Source: FCB group bacterium (lineage in GTDB: Bacteria > Bacteroidota > Ignavibacteria > Kapaibacteriales > UBA2268). Taken from it: a stretch of DNA of 33,590 bases. The position numbers and the translations under genes are program-made. Each line of letters starts with the position of its first letter. Position 1 is the first letter of the stretch. The stretch lies in assembly GCA_049513175.1 (NCBI GenBank), contig JBEKWK010000002.1, positions 1 through 33,590 of the forward strand, given 5' to 3'. This document shows, piece by piece, positions 7,606 to 16,944 of the stretch. The notes under the pieces are model-generated. The model searched no databases, had not been told where the DNA came from, and saw nothing but the letters and a program-made list of their open reading frames with translations.

Positions 7606-8601
7606 TTACATTCCTGCGGTTTTGGTTTCAGGGGGTGTAAATTTGTTTACTTTGTTGTGAACAGGTTTTACAGTCCTCAAATATTTGTAAATAGCCTTCA
7701 AATCAGCAACGGTCATACCTGCATATTGAGTAACAGGCATAAAAGTATTGAAATCGCCTAATTTAGTTTTGATTTTCATTGATTCGGGTTTTTCATATGT
7801 TTTAAATCTTTGTATAAAAGCATCTTCCGTCCAAAGTCCAATTCCGGTTTCGTTATCGGGAGTAATATTTGCAGGTCTGAATGTTCCGACAGGTGTTTTA
7901 AATTCAAATCCACCTGCAAAATCCATTCCGGGTACCGGATTACCTTTTTCCATAGGTGTATGGCAAGCGGCACAACTCGCTGCATTTACCATATATCTTC
8001 CGTAAGCAATAGTATCCGTCTCGGGAGGTCTTTTCGTAGGGGTTCCATTTTGTGGTATGGTTCTGACAATTAAATTCATCGGAAAATCGAGACTGTGAAC
8101 CGGTACATTGTTCGGAATAGGTTTGAGAGTCCTTATATATGCTATTATTGCATTTAAATCTTCAGGGTCCATAGTACCGAAATTCTCATAAGGCATTAGA
8201 GGGAACAACGGCTCGCCCTTATTATCAACTCCGGCAGTAATAGCCCTGTACAATTCACCATCAGTCCATGAAGCTAATGCGGCTGGTGTAATATTTTTGG
8301 CATAAATTTTACCGGGGATGCCTTCACCTTCATCAAAGACTTCCCCCCCTTTGCCAAATGTTCCTTCCTTAATAGGACCTGAATAATAATTCCAATCCCT
8401 TTCAGAATGGCAATCAAGACATAAAGCAACGTGCTTGACAAGATATTCTCCCCTTGCAAGCAATTCGGGAGTGGCATTGATTTTCATCTTTGGTGCAGGA
8501 GATACTTTGGGAAATGCAAGATTTATGTATAATAAACCGCATACGATTACTACTACTATAAAAACGACTAAAATTAAACCAATTTTGTATATAATTTTCA
8601 T
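7606..8601 (-). CDS. Membrane-anchored dihaem c-type cytochrome (copy 1)
   Basis: N-terminal TM helix and two CxxCH haem sites (CLDCH, CAACH). The ITPDNETGIGLWT motif is typical of the cytochrome c subunits of membrane dehydrogenases. AAGGTG lies 6 nt upstream of the ATG. Confidence 0.9.
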   Translation of the reverse strand: MKIIYKIGLILVVFIVVVIVCGLLYINLAFPKVSPAPKMKINATPELLARGEYLVKHVALCLDCHSERDWNYYSGPIKEGTFGKGGEVFDEGEGIPGKIYAKNITPAALASWTDGELYRAITAGVDNKGEPLFPLMPYENFGTMDPEDLNAIIAYIRTLKPIPNNVPVHSLDFPMNLIVRTIPQNGTPTKRPPETDTIAYGRYMVNAASCAACHTPMEKGNPVPGMDFAGGFEFKTPVGTFRPANITPDNETGIGLWTEDAFIQRFKTYEKPESMKIKTKLGDFNTFMPVTQYAGMTVADLKAIYKYLRTVKPVHNKVNKFTPPETKTAGM

Positions 8602-8864
8602 ATATTCACCTTAAAGATTATTAAAAAAATCATTAATTAACCACGGTAACAAAATATTGTTCCCGGAAAAAATTCTTTATTATTATATAGAAATTAAAAA
8701 TCAGACCATTGATTTAATGCAAAACTATTAATAAAAATTAATATATCCAAATAAAAATTTTATGAATACCTAAATTTTTAATAATCACCTTAATATTCAG
8801 AGTCTTATTGATGTTGTAATTGTTTAAAATTCTCAAAAATTACTTGTGATTCAACGTTATTATC

Positions 8865-8898
8865 AAAAAAAAAACCTTGCCGATTAGAATCAGCAAGG
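8865..8898 (-). terminator. Rho-independent terminator of cytochrome c copy 2
   Basis: In the minus-strand RNA, CCUUGCUG pairs with CGGCAAGG (8 bp, one G-U). Ten U follow (plus-strand A10 at 8865-8874). Confidence 0.85.
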
Positions 8899-8907
8899 GT
8901 TTGAAGT

Positions 8908-8989
8908 GATTTTAGATTTTAGATTTTAGATTTTAGATTATTAAATCCTAATTGAATTCTTAATTCATAATTCTTAATTTTTAATTATT
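8908..8989. repeat. Two adjacent AT-rich tandem arrays (GATTTTA x4.5, then an AATTCTTAATT-type run)
   Basis: gattttagattttagattttagattttagatta at 8908-8940 and attgaattcttaattcataattcttaatttttaatt at 8951-8985. They lie between the copy-2 stop codon (8990) and its terminator. Confidence 0.85.
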
Positions 8990-9985
8990 CTACATCCCTG
9001 CGGTTTTCATTGCAAGTGGAGTGAATTTATCTACTTTGTTATGAATGGGTTTTACCGTCCTCAAATATTTATAAATTGCCTGCAAATCCCCGACTTTCAT
9101 ACCTGCGTACATTAAAAAGGGCATAATAGTGTTAAATTCACCCTGTTTGACATTCATTTTCCTTGATTCGGGGTTGTCATACATTTTAAACCTTTGTATA
9201 AATGCCTCTTCCGTCCACAGACCAATCCCGGTTTCGTTGTCGGGAGTAATATTTGAAGTACGTATAGTGCCGAATGGAAGCTTGAATTCGAAACCGCCGG
9301 CAAGGTCCATACCCTTAACCGGGTCGCCTTTTTCCTGAGGCGTATGACATTCGTTGCATGCGGCTATTTTCGTTAAGTATTTCCCATAAGCTAAAGTATC
9401 TGTTTCCGGTGGTCTTTTGGTAGGAGTTGCGTCATGGGGAATAGTCCTGACGATTAAATTCATCGGAAAATTAAGGCTGTGAGAGGGTGCGTCATTGGTT
9501 ATAGGCTTCAGAGTTCTGATATAAGCGATAATTGCCATGACATCTTCGGGGTCCATTATTGCATAAGAAGCATAAGGCATTATTGGAAATAAGGGGTCAC
9601 CTCTTTTATCTACTCCTGAAGTAATAGACCTGTAAATTTCGCCGTCAGACCAGGAGGCAAGGTTTGCAGGAGTGATATTTTTAGCATAAACTTTTCCGGG
9701 AACACCTGCGGTTTCATCGAACAACTCCCCGCCTTTACCCAGGGTGCCTTCTCTCAATGGTCCTGAATAATAATTCCAATCCCTTGTGGAATGGCAGTCA
9801 ATGCAAACTGCAACATGATTCGCTAAATATTCTCCCCTTTCGAGCATTGCGGGAGTTGCCTTGATGGTTATTTTAGGAGATAGAGATACTTTAGGGAATG
9901 CTAGATTCAAATATGATAAACCGCAAACGATTAACACTATTATAAAAATAATTAGTATTAGTGGAATTTTGTATTTAAGTTTCAT
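8990..9985 (-). CDS. Membrane-anchored dihaem c-type cytochrome (copy 2, tandem paralogue)
   Basis: Same length (331 aa) and an ungapped alignment to copy 1, about 237/331 identical by hand count. Haem sites are CIDCH and CNECH, and the same AAGGTG box is present. Confidence 0.9.
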   Translation of the reverse strand: MKLKYKIPLILIIFIIVLIVCGLSYLNLAFPKVSLSPKITIKATPAMLERGEYLANHVAVCIDCHSTRDWNYYSGPLREGTLGKGGELFDETAGVPGKVYAKNITPANLASWSDGEIYRSITSGVDKRGDPLFPIMPYASYAIMDPEDVMAIIAYIRTLKPITNDAPSHSLNFPMNLIVRTIPHDATPTKRPPETDTLAYGKYLTKIAACNECHTPQEKGDPVKGMDLAGGFEFKLPFGTIRTSNITPDNETGIGLWTEEAFIQRFKMYDNPESRKMNVKQGEFNTIMPFLMYAGMKVGDLQAIYKYLRTVKPIHNKVDKFTPLAMKTAGM

Positions 9986-10317
9986 TTATTCACCTTAAAG
10001 ATTACTAATAAAATCATTAAATTATACTCAGTATCAGATTATTGATAACGAAAAAATACATGAACTTTATATACAAAATTTAAAAAAAAGCATTGAAGCA
10101 ATTCAAAATTATTAATTAAAATTTATATTTCCAAATAATATTTTTATACAAAACAAATAAATTATTATATTATCCCTTAATACTTTAAACTTTAATAGAC
10201 TTTCAGTAGTCTAATAATTTTAAAAAAATATAAAAAATTTGCAACCAAATTGTGAATTATGTGTAATTCAGTAAATTAAATTATGTTATTTATAAATGAG
10301 AATAGCGGAGTCTGAAA

Positions 10318-11943
10318 ATGGATAGGAGGAAGTTCCTTAGCGGAAATTTATTACAAGGAAACAAAAAAAACGAAGCGAGAGTTTTATCAGGCATCGAACC
10401 TTATACAGGCACTTTCGGCAGCAGGCAGGCATGGCATCTGCTCAGGCGGACAACATTCGGACCGTCTCCAAAGCAGATTAATGATTTTTCCAAAATGACC
10501 CTCAATGATGCAATTAATGCTCTATTCCAGGCTCAATCCGCTCCCTCTCCCCCCGTTGACCCCGCAACAGGTATAACCTGGGTAGATAAGCCTTATAACG
10601 GTACAAACAATTCCCACTATGTACGATATAACAAAGACTGGTGGCTTGGATTGATGATGAGCGGAGCCATGAATATAATTGAAAAAATGACCTTGTTCTG
10701 GCATAATCATTTTGTCTCTGATTCTGCTACTGTAGCGGATGCAAGATATGTGTACAAACAAAATGCTTTATTGAGGCAATATGCACTTGGAAATATTAAG
10801 GATTTCGTTAAGGAGGTTACTAAAGACCCGGCAATGCTACGTTATCTTAATGGAAATACAAATGTAGCAAGCCATCCTAATGAGAATTACGGTCGCGAAT
10901 TCCAGGAGCTATTTACTATAGGCAAAGGTCCTGAAATTCAACCGGGAAATTATACTAATTACACCGAAGATGATGTGAAAGCGGCGGCTAAGGTGCTGAC
11001 AGGCTGGCGAGACACCAGCAGTTCCGTAACTTCGGCTTTTTATCCAAATTCCCACGATACTTCTGATAAACAGTTTTCTTCGGATTACGGAAACACCATA
11101 ATTAAAGGCAGGACTGGTGCCAGTGCAGGAGATGATGAACTTAACGATTTGGTAGATATGATTTTTTCCCAGCAGGCTACTGCGTTATTTTTATGCAGGG
11201 AAATCTACCGTTGGTTTGTTTATTATGAAATTGACGATACAACTGAGCAAAATGTAATTGAGCCGCTTGCAGACTTACTTCGTACAAATAATTACGAAGT
11301 TCAGCCCGTTTTGGAAACTTTATTAGGGAGTGCCCATTTCTTCGATGATGCAAATATTGGATGTATGATTAAAAATCCTGTAGATTTTAATACCCAGTTA
11401 TTACTTTTTCTCGAAATTCAAATGCCTGACCCGGTTAAAGATACTCCGAATTATTATAACTATCTTGACAAACTTATACTTGCACAAACTGAAATAGGGA
11501 TGGCTCTTCTTGACCCCCCGAATGTAGCAGGGTGGTCTGCTTATTACCAGGTACCCGATTACTACCGTTTATGGATGAACACGGTAACTATGCCCTTACG
11601 GAACGGCTTTACGGATGCTTTAGTCAACGGTACTATGTATTTTGGAAATTCTTTTAAGCTCGATATTATCGCCTATATTAAAAAGGTCGTTTCAGACCCG
11701 ACAGATGCGGCAACAATTGTTGCTGAGCTTGCCGATGCATTATTTATTGATTCATTGACGCAAAAACAGAAGGATTACGTTTTGAATACTGTGTTTATGC
11801 AGGGTTTACCGGCTTATGAATGGACGTCTGCCTGGAATGCTTATATATCAAATCCTGATACTGCAAATACGACGGCAGTTAAGAATAGTCTTAATCCATT
11901 GTTCAGATTTTTGTTCAGAATGGCTGAATTTCAACTAATGTAA
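10318..11943 (+). CDS. DUF1800 family protein
   Basis: Family landmarks LFWHNHF, MLRYLNGNTN, NENYGREFQELFTIGKG and YTEDDVKAAAKVLTGW. The N-terminal MDRRKFL has no following hydrophobic core. GGAG lies 9 nt upstream of the ATG. Confidence 0.88.
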   Translation: MDRRKFLSGNLLQGNKKNEARVLSGIEPYTGTFGSRQAWHLLRRTTFGPSPKQINDFSKMTLNDAINALFQAQSAPSPPVDPATGITWVDKPYNGTNNSHYVRYNKDWWLGLMMSGAMNIIEKMTLFWHNHFVSDSATVADARYVYKQNALLRQYALGNIKDFVKEVTKDPAMLRYLNGNTNVASHPNENYGREFQELFTIGKGPEIQPGNYTNYTEDDVKAAAKVLTGWRDTSSSVTSAFYPNSHDTSDKQFSSDYGNTIIKGRTGASAGDDELNDLVDMIFSQQATALFLCREIYRWFVYYEIDDTTEQNVIEPLADLLRTNNYEVQPVLETLLGSAHFFDDANIGCMIKNPVDFNTQLLLFLEIQMPDPVKDTPNYYNYLDKLILAQTEIGMALLDPPNVAGWSAYYQVPDYYRLWMNTVTMPLRNGFTDALVNGTMYFGNSFKLDIIAYIKKVVSDPTDAATIVAELADALFIDSLTQKQKDYVLNTVFMQGLPAYEWTSAWNAYISNPDTANTTAVKNSLNPLFRFLFRMAEFQLM

Positions 11944-11963
11944 ATAATAATGAGAGTTCAATT

Positions 11964-13538
11964 ATGAATAGAAGGAAATTTCTCGGAACAACAGCCCCGG
12001 TGCTTGCAATACCCTTTCTTTTGAACGGGATGAAGATGAAAGTATTCGGCAAGTCAAGATTATACAATAACCTGCTATCGCAATTATCTGTTACGGATAA
12101 GGTGCTGGTGCTGATTCAGCTCCAAGGGGGGAATGACGGTCTGAATACCGTGATTCCTTTAGACCAGTATTCTACTTATAATAGCCTTCGCACAAATATA
12201 GCCATTCCCGAGAACAGTGTTCTAAAATTAGACAATGCTACCGGACTTCATCCGGCTATGACAGGTTTACAGACTTTGTTCAGTGACGGCAAGCTGGCTT
12301 TGGTTCAGGGTGTGAGCTATCCAAATCCTAATTTATCTCATTTCAGGGCGACGGATATATGGATGACAGGCTCCGATTATAACCAATATCTTTCAACAGG
12401 CTGGGCTGGCAGGTATTTGCAGGCAGAATTTCCTACTTATCCCGATAATATTGGAACCATGCAGGACCCGCTTGCTATTCAAATCGGTGCAACAGTTGCT
12501 ATTGCATTGCAGAGCGATAAAGAATCTATGGGAATTGCAATCCAGGACCCGAATACATTTTACTCGATTGTAAACGGCACAAACACCGGACCTTTCGATG
12601 ACCCGCCGAATACTCAATACGGAAACGAATTGAAATTCTTAAGGCAGGTACAGCTCGATTCACAGCAGTATTCCAAGCAAATCAAAACTGCCGCAGACAA
12701 GGCACAAAATGTAGCGACTTATCCTGCAAATAATTCATTGGCAAGCCAGTTGAAAATTGTAGCAAGGCTTATTGGCGGCAGCTTGCAGACGAGAATCTAT
12801 GTAGTAAGCATGGGCGGGTTAGATAATCATTCCGCCGAAGTTGTCGCAAGCGATACTACAACCGGCAATCATGCTACTTTGCTCGGTAATTTATCCAATG
12901 CAATAAAAGCTTTCCAGGATGATATAAAAGCATTGGGAGTCGAGGATAGGGTAATTTCAATGACTTTTTCCGAATTTGGCAGGCGTGTGCAATCCAATGC
13001 AAGCCTCGGAACAGACCATGGTACTGCATTGCCTATGTTTGTCATAGGGAATAAAGTAAATCCTAAGATTTTCGGGGTTAATCCGAATTTATCCGATTTG
13101 GACAAGGGGAATCTCAAGAGCCAGTTTGATTTCAGGCAGATTTATACTTCCATACTCGCACAATGGTTTGGTATTGACCAAAATGAATTAACGACCGTCC
13201 TTCTGAATGAATACACTCAAGTTCCGATTATTAATACTCCAAATTCTGTAAATGATACATTGAATAACTCAAATTCACTATTCGTATTACACGATTGCGT
13301 GCCGAATCCCGCACAATCAAATGTGAAAGTTAGCTTTGATGTGAATACGCCATCAAATATCAACTTAAAACTCTATGATATTTTCGGGAGTGAGAGAGCC
13401 ACACTAGTCAATTCCAATTTTCAGCCGGGAAATTACTCGACTAATTACGACGTATCTAATCTACCTTCCGGAGCATATTTCCTCCAATTACAATCCGGCT
13501 ATTGGAAGGCAACTAAGAAGCTGGTGGTGGCGAGGTGA
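11964..13538 (+). CDS. DUF1501 family (alkaline-phosphatase/sulfatase-fold-like) protein with Tat-type signal and T9SS C-terminal sorting domain
   Basis: MNRRKFLGTTAPVLAIPFLL has a twin-arginine motif plus an h-region. Family landmarks are LQGGNDGLNTVIP, QGVSYPNPNLSHF, GGLDNHS and SEFGRRV..GTDHG. The C-terminus has VPNPAQSNVKVSF ... LKLYDIFG ... GAYFLQLQ. Confidence 0.88.
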   Translation: MNRRKFLGTTAPVLAIPFLLNGMKMKVFGKSRLYNNLLSQLSVTDKVLVLIQLQGGNDGLNTVIPLDQYSTYNSLRTNIAIPENSVLKLDNATGLHPAMTGLQTLFSDGKLALVQGVSYPNPNLSHFRATDIWMTGSDYNQYLSTGWAGRYLQAEFPTYPDNIGTMQDPLAIQIGATVAIALQSDKESMGIAIQDPNTFYSIVNGTNTGPFDDPPNTQYGNELKFLRQVQLDSQQYSKQIKTAADKAQNVATYPANNSLASQLKIVARLIGGSLQTRIYVVSMGGLDNHSAEVVASDTTTGNHATLLGNLSNAIKAFQDDIKALGVEDRVISMTFSEFGRRVQSNASLGTDHGTALPMFVIGNKVNPKIFGVNPNLSDLDKGNLKSQFDFRQIYTSILAQWFGIDQNELTTVLLNEYTQVPIINTPNSVNDTLNNSNSLFVLHDCVPNPAQSNVKVSFDVNTPSNINLKLYDIFGSERATLVNSNFQPGNYSTNYDVSNLPSGAYFLQLQSGYWKATKKLVVAR

Positions 13539-13624
13539 TATTATCTTAACATGGTGTCTTGCATTTAAGAAAATTTACCACTGAGTTCTCAGAGAAATTA
13601 AGAGTAACACAAAGAAAATCAAAC

Positions 13625-13703
13625 CCAGAAGTACTCTGCTTCTGGTTACCAAGCTCCTGCTTGGTAACCAAAACTAAGTGTTCCCAAGCGGAAGCTTGGG
13701 AAC
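13625..13703. repeat. Triple-hairpin composite (family A and sister stem)
   Basis: Three hairpins: ccagaag-N7-cttctgg (13625-13645), ggttaccaagc-tcct-gcttggtaacc (13644-13669), and gttcccaagc-ggaa-gcttgggaac (13680-13703). The same two-hairpin architecture occurs at 25726-25786, and inverted at 23189-23249. Confidence 0.9.
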
Positions 13704-13941
13704 AAGGACAAAAATTTTATTCATCACAATTAATTATGAACTATTGTTCATAATGCAAAATTCCGCCAAAAATATTTTAAAAGCAGTCAATTTAATAGAA
13801 TAGCCACCAATCAATATTTGAAGTCCATTTAATATTCCATTCCAGCAAATTAAAAAAATAATTGAAAAAAAAATGAGACTTTTTTCTTGTTTTTGTGTCA
13901 TTTGTATTATATTCGTGTACAAAAATTTTTATGGTGTAAAA

Positions 13942-16848
13942 ATGAAATGTATATTTACTTTGTTTTTGTTCTGCATATTAGGCTCAAACCTGAATGCACA
14001 GTGGCAGGAGTGCAACAACGGCTTGTATGCAGGCAATGTGAACTGCATAGTAATAAATGGTAATGAAATTCTTGCCGGCACATCAAGAGGAATTTACAAA
14101 TCAACCGATAACTGCGAAAGCTGGAAAAATATCGGGTTTCCTGATACAAATGTCCAGGCAGTAGCAATACTTAATAATAAAATATTCGTAGGCACTGAAT
14201 ATTATGGACTTTTTATAACAACTAATGAAGGCAATACATGGACTGCAAAGGATTCAGGATTAGTAAATTATAATAATATTCCAGTAGAAAACATTTATTG
14301 CTTTGGAGTAAAAGGTAATTATATATTTGCAGGAACGATGGATGAAGGTATATATTTATCAACTGATTTTGGTAATAGCTGGAATCATAAAACTAATGGA
14401 TTCACAAATGCTTATGTTTTACAAATTGTCATACAGGATAATACAGTTTTTGCTTGTGTAGGAGGAGGAATTTATCATACAACAAATAACGGCGATAAAT
14501 GGGACACTTTAAGCAGGAATATAAGTTTTACGTGGATTAGTTCATTAGCTATTAATGGGAATTTTATGTTTGCAGGAAGCCCAGATAATTGGGGCTCTTT
14601 ATACAAATCATCAGATTATGGAAAAACTTGGAATAATATAGGTTTTAATGACACCATAATAAATTCTGTTGTAATAATAAATAATAATATCTATTTGGGA
14701 ACTTCAAAAGGAATATTTTTTTCTACAGATAATGGTAATAACTGGACAGCTAAAAATTCAGGTTTAGCATTTTCTTATGATTTAACTTTAGCCGTAAATG
14801 GAAATGAAATAATAGCCGGGACACAAGATGGTGGAATATATCTAACAACTGATAATGGGGACAACTGGAAAGCTAAAAATACGGGCTTAGTTAAGACCTA
14901 TGCACATTCTATGGCAATCAATGGTAATGAAATATTCGTCGGTACCGGCAATTATGATGAAGGTGGTGGTATTTTTAAAACGACAGATAATGGGAATAGC
15001 TGGGAAGCAAAATTCGGGGGTTTGTACGAAAACGGTGTTTGGGCTGTTGCTATAGGGAATAATCATATATTTGCTGGGACTGCCCGCGAAGTAATATATA
15101 GCTCAACCGATGATGGAGAAACCTGGAAAAATCTTGGAAGTCCAGGGCAAACACATCTTGATATTCTTTCATTAGCTCTGAATGATAGTTATTTATTTGC
15201 GGGTGCTTACGACGGAGGGGTTTTTCGTTCTTCTGATTTTGGAAATTCGTGGAAATCATTATACATGTCCAATGGAGGTCAGCCTTACTCTTTAGCAACA
15301 AACGGAAATAATATTTTTTCAGGAACTGATCGGGGTCTTTATGTATCTTCTGACAACGGAGATAATTGGCGAGAAAAAGATTCCGGTATTGTTAATCCTA
15401 ATATTAATTCAATAGTTATAAATGGGAATAATATTTATGCAGGAGCAGAATATGGTGGAGTATATTGTACGAAAGATAATGGAGATTTTTGGAAATATTT
15501 AGGATTAGGCAATTCCGGTACAACTGGCTCTTTAACTATTGATTCAAATATTTTTATAGGTACTAACAAGGGCTTATATTATTCAAGTAATTTTGGAAAC
15601 ATTTGGACAAATAAAAATACCGGTTCAACAAGTTTAAATTTTCAATCTATGCTCAAAAATAATAACGATATTTTCATTGGAAGCAATGATGGTGTATATC
15701 TTTCAACAGATTTGGGAAACAATTGGCAACATAAAAATGCCGGTTTGGAAAACAAGAATGTTACATTCTTAGCTATGAATAAAAATTGTTTAATAGCAGG
15801 AACTGATAGTAATGGAATTTATATATCTACCGATTATGGAAATAATTGGATAGCAAGCAATAATGGGCTAAAGGAAAAGACTGTTATTGCTTTAACGGCA
15901 ATGCAAAATTACATATTCACTATTGTAGATACAAATGGAATATATATTTCATCTGATAATGGCAATAATTGGAATTTAAAAAATAGTGTAAGAAGTGTAT
16001 ATTCTGTACGTTTAGCAACAAATGGCAGTAATGTTTATGCCGGTACGGATGGCGGCTTTTTTATCTCAACAGATGCCGGTGAGAATTGGGTAAAGGCAAA
16101 TATAAAAGCAGGATATGTAGATTTAATAGCAGCTTATGGTAATGTTATTTATTTTAGTGGTAGCCTATGGAGTGAAGGTATATATGCTTCATCTGACAAT
16201 GGAAAAAATTGGAATAAAGTAAATATCAGTGGAAGAATAGAAAACATATCAATTAATGAAAATAATATTTTAGTTAGTTCTGATATTGGTCTTTATTTAT
16301 CCTCAGATTTAGGCAAATCATGGTCGCATACCGGTATTTTCAGTAATTATGTAATTCCCATAGTTGTTTATGGTGATAATATAATAGCAGGAACTAATAA
16401 CGGAGCTTATATTTCAACAGACAATGGAATATATTGGTCGGAAATCAGCGGTGGTTTGCCTAATTATAGTATTTTTACTTTAGCTATTTGCAATAAAGAA
16501 GTATTTGCAGGTACCTATGGAGGTGGTGTATATAAAGCAAAACTTAGCGATTTTGGAATATCAGATGTTGATGTAGGAGATGCAAAAAGCTCTACATTAA
16601 ATAATGAAATATCCATATATCCTAATCCTACAGATTCCAAATTAATTATAGAATTAACTAATTCACTCGCTAATGGCAAAATAAGCTATTCTGTGACAAA
16701 TATGCTGGGAATTATAGTCAAATCCGGCACTGTTTTACCTGAACAAAACAGGTTCAGCCTCGATGTTTCAAATCTGCAAACCGGAATCTATTTTCTTACA
16801 ATTATATCAGGGAACAATGCTCAAACATATAAATTCATAAAGAGGTAA
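13942..16848 (+). CDS. Secreted BNR/Asp-box beta-propeller repeat protein (20 Asp-boxes) with T9SS C-terminal sorting domain
   Basis: I prefer the start at 13942 (MKCIFTLFLFCILGSNLNA-Q signal peptide). There are twenty S/T-x-D-x-G-x-x-W boxes spaced ~45 aa (STDNCESW ... STDNGIYW). The C-terminus has IYPNPTDSKLIIEL ... GIYFLTIISG. Confidence 0.9.
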   Translation: MKCIFTLFLFCILGSNLNAQWQECNNGLYAGNVNCIVINGNEILAGTSRGIYKSTDNCESWKNIGFPDTNVQAVAILNNKIFVGTEYYGLFITTNEGNTWTAKDSGLVNYNNIPVENIYCFGVKGNYIFAGTMDEGIYLSTDFGNSWNHKTNGFTNAYVLQIVIQDNTVFACVGGGIYHTTNNGDKWDTLSRNISFTWISSLAINGNFMFAGSPDNWGSLYKSSDYGKTWNNIGFNDTIINSVVIINNNIYLGTSKGIFFSTDNGNNWTAKNSGLAFSYDLTLAVNGNEIIAGTQDGGIYLTTDNGDNWKAKNTGLVKTYAHSMAINGNEIFVGTGNYDEGGGIFKTTDNGNSWEAKFGGLYENGVWAVAIGNNHIFAGTAREVIYSSTDDGETWKNLGSPGQTHLDILSLALNDSYLFAGAYDGGVFRSSDFGNSWKSLYMSNGGQPYSLATNGNNIFSGTDRGLYVSSDNGDNWREKDSGIVNPNINSIVINGNNIYAGAEYGGVYCTKDNGDFWKYLGLGNSGTTGSLTIDSNIFIGTNKGLYYSSNFGNIWTNKNTGSTSLNFQSMLKNNNDIFIGSNDGVYLSTDLGNNWQHKNAGLENKNVTFLAMNKNCLIAGTDSNGIYISTDYGNNWIASNNGLKEKTVIALTAMQNYIFTIVDTNGIYISSDNGNNWNLKNSVRSVYSVRLATNGSNVYAGTDGGFFISTDAGENWVKANIKAGYVDLIAAYGNVIYFSGSLWSEGIYASSDNGKNWNKVNISGRIENISINENNILVSSDIGLYLSSDLGKSWSHTGIFSNYVIPIVVYGDNIIAGTNNGAYISTDNGIYWSEISGGLPNYSIFTLAICNKEVFAGTYGGGVYKAKLSDFGISDVDVGDAKSSTLNNEISIYPNPTDSKLIIELTNSLANGKISYSVTNMLGIIVKSGTVLPEQNRFSLDVSNLQTGIYFLTIISGNNAQTYKFIKR

Positions 16849-16856
16849 AAAAATTA

Positions 16857-16925
16857 TACCACCCCTTAATCCCCTCCTAATTTAGGAGGGGAAAATTTTG
16901 AACGTAGTGAAAAATTGGGGTAGTA
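16857..16925. repeat. Family-E structured element (outer helix + CCCCTCCT hairpin)
   Basis: The hairpin is cccctcct-aattt-aggagggg (16871-16891). The outer pairing is taccacccc/ggggtagta with one mismatch. It shares the 22-nt head caccccttaatcccctcYtaat with 20710-20731. Confidence 0.75.
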
Positions 16926-16944
16926 AAAACAGCAATTATACACA

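Noticed and set aside
7518-8989. AT-rich tandem arrays considered as a CRISPR array.
   Set aside because: The units are only 7 bp and contiguous, with no spacers. There are no cas genes, and the arrays lie inside 3'UTRs.
13559-13753. 64-aa ORF (MHLRKFTTEFSEKLRVTQRK...AEAWEQGQ) in the gap after DUF1501.
   Set aside because: It is a read-through of the hairpin modules at 13625-13703. The peptide is just the translated palindromes. The same applies to ORFs 6317-6580, 23036-23263 and 25649-25840.
13873-13941. Upstream ATG that would extend the BNR protein by 23 aa.
   Set aside because: The extension (MRLFSCFCVICIIFVYKNFYGVK) precedes a perfect signal peptide that starts at the ATG at 13942. Either start is possible, but 13942 is more plausible.
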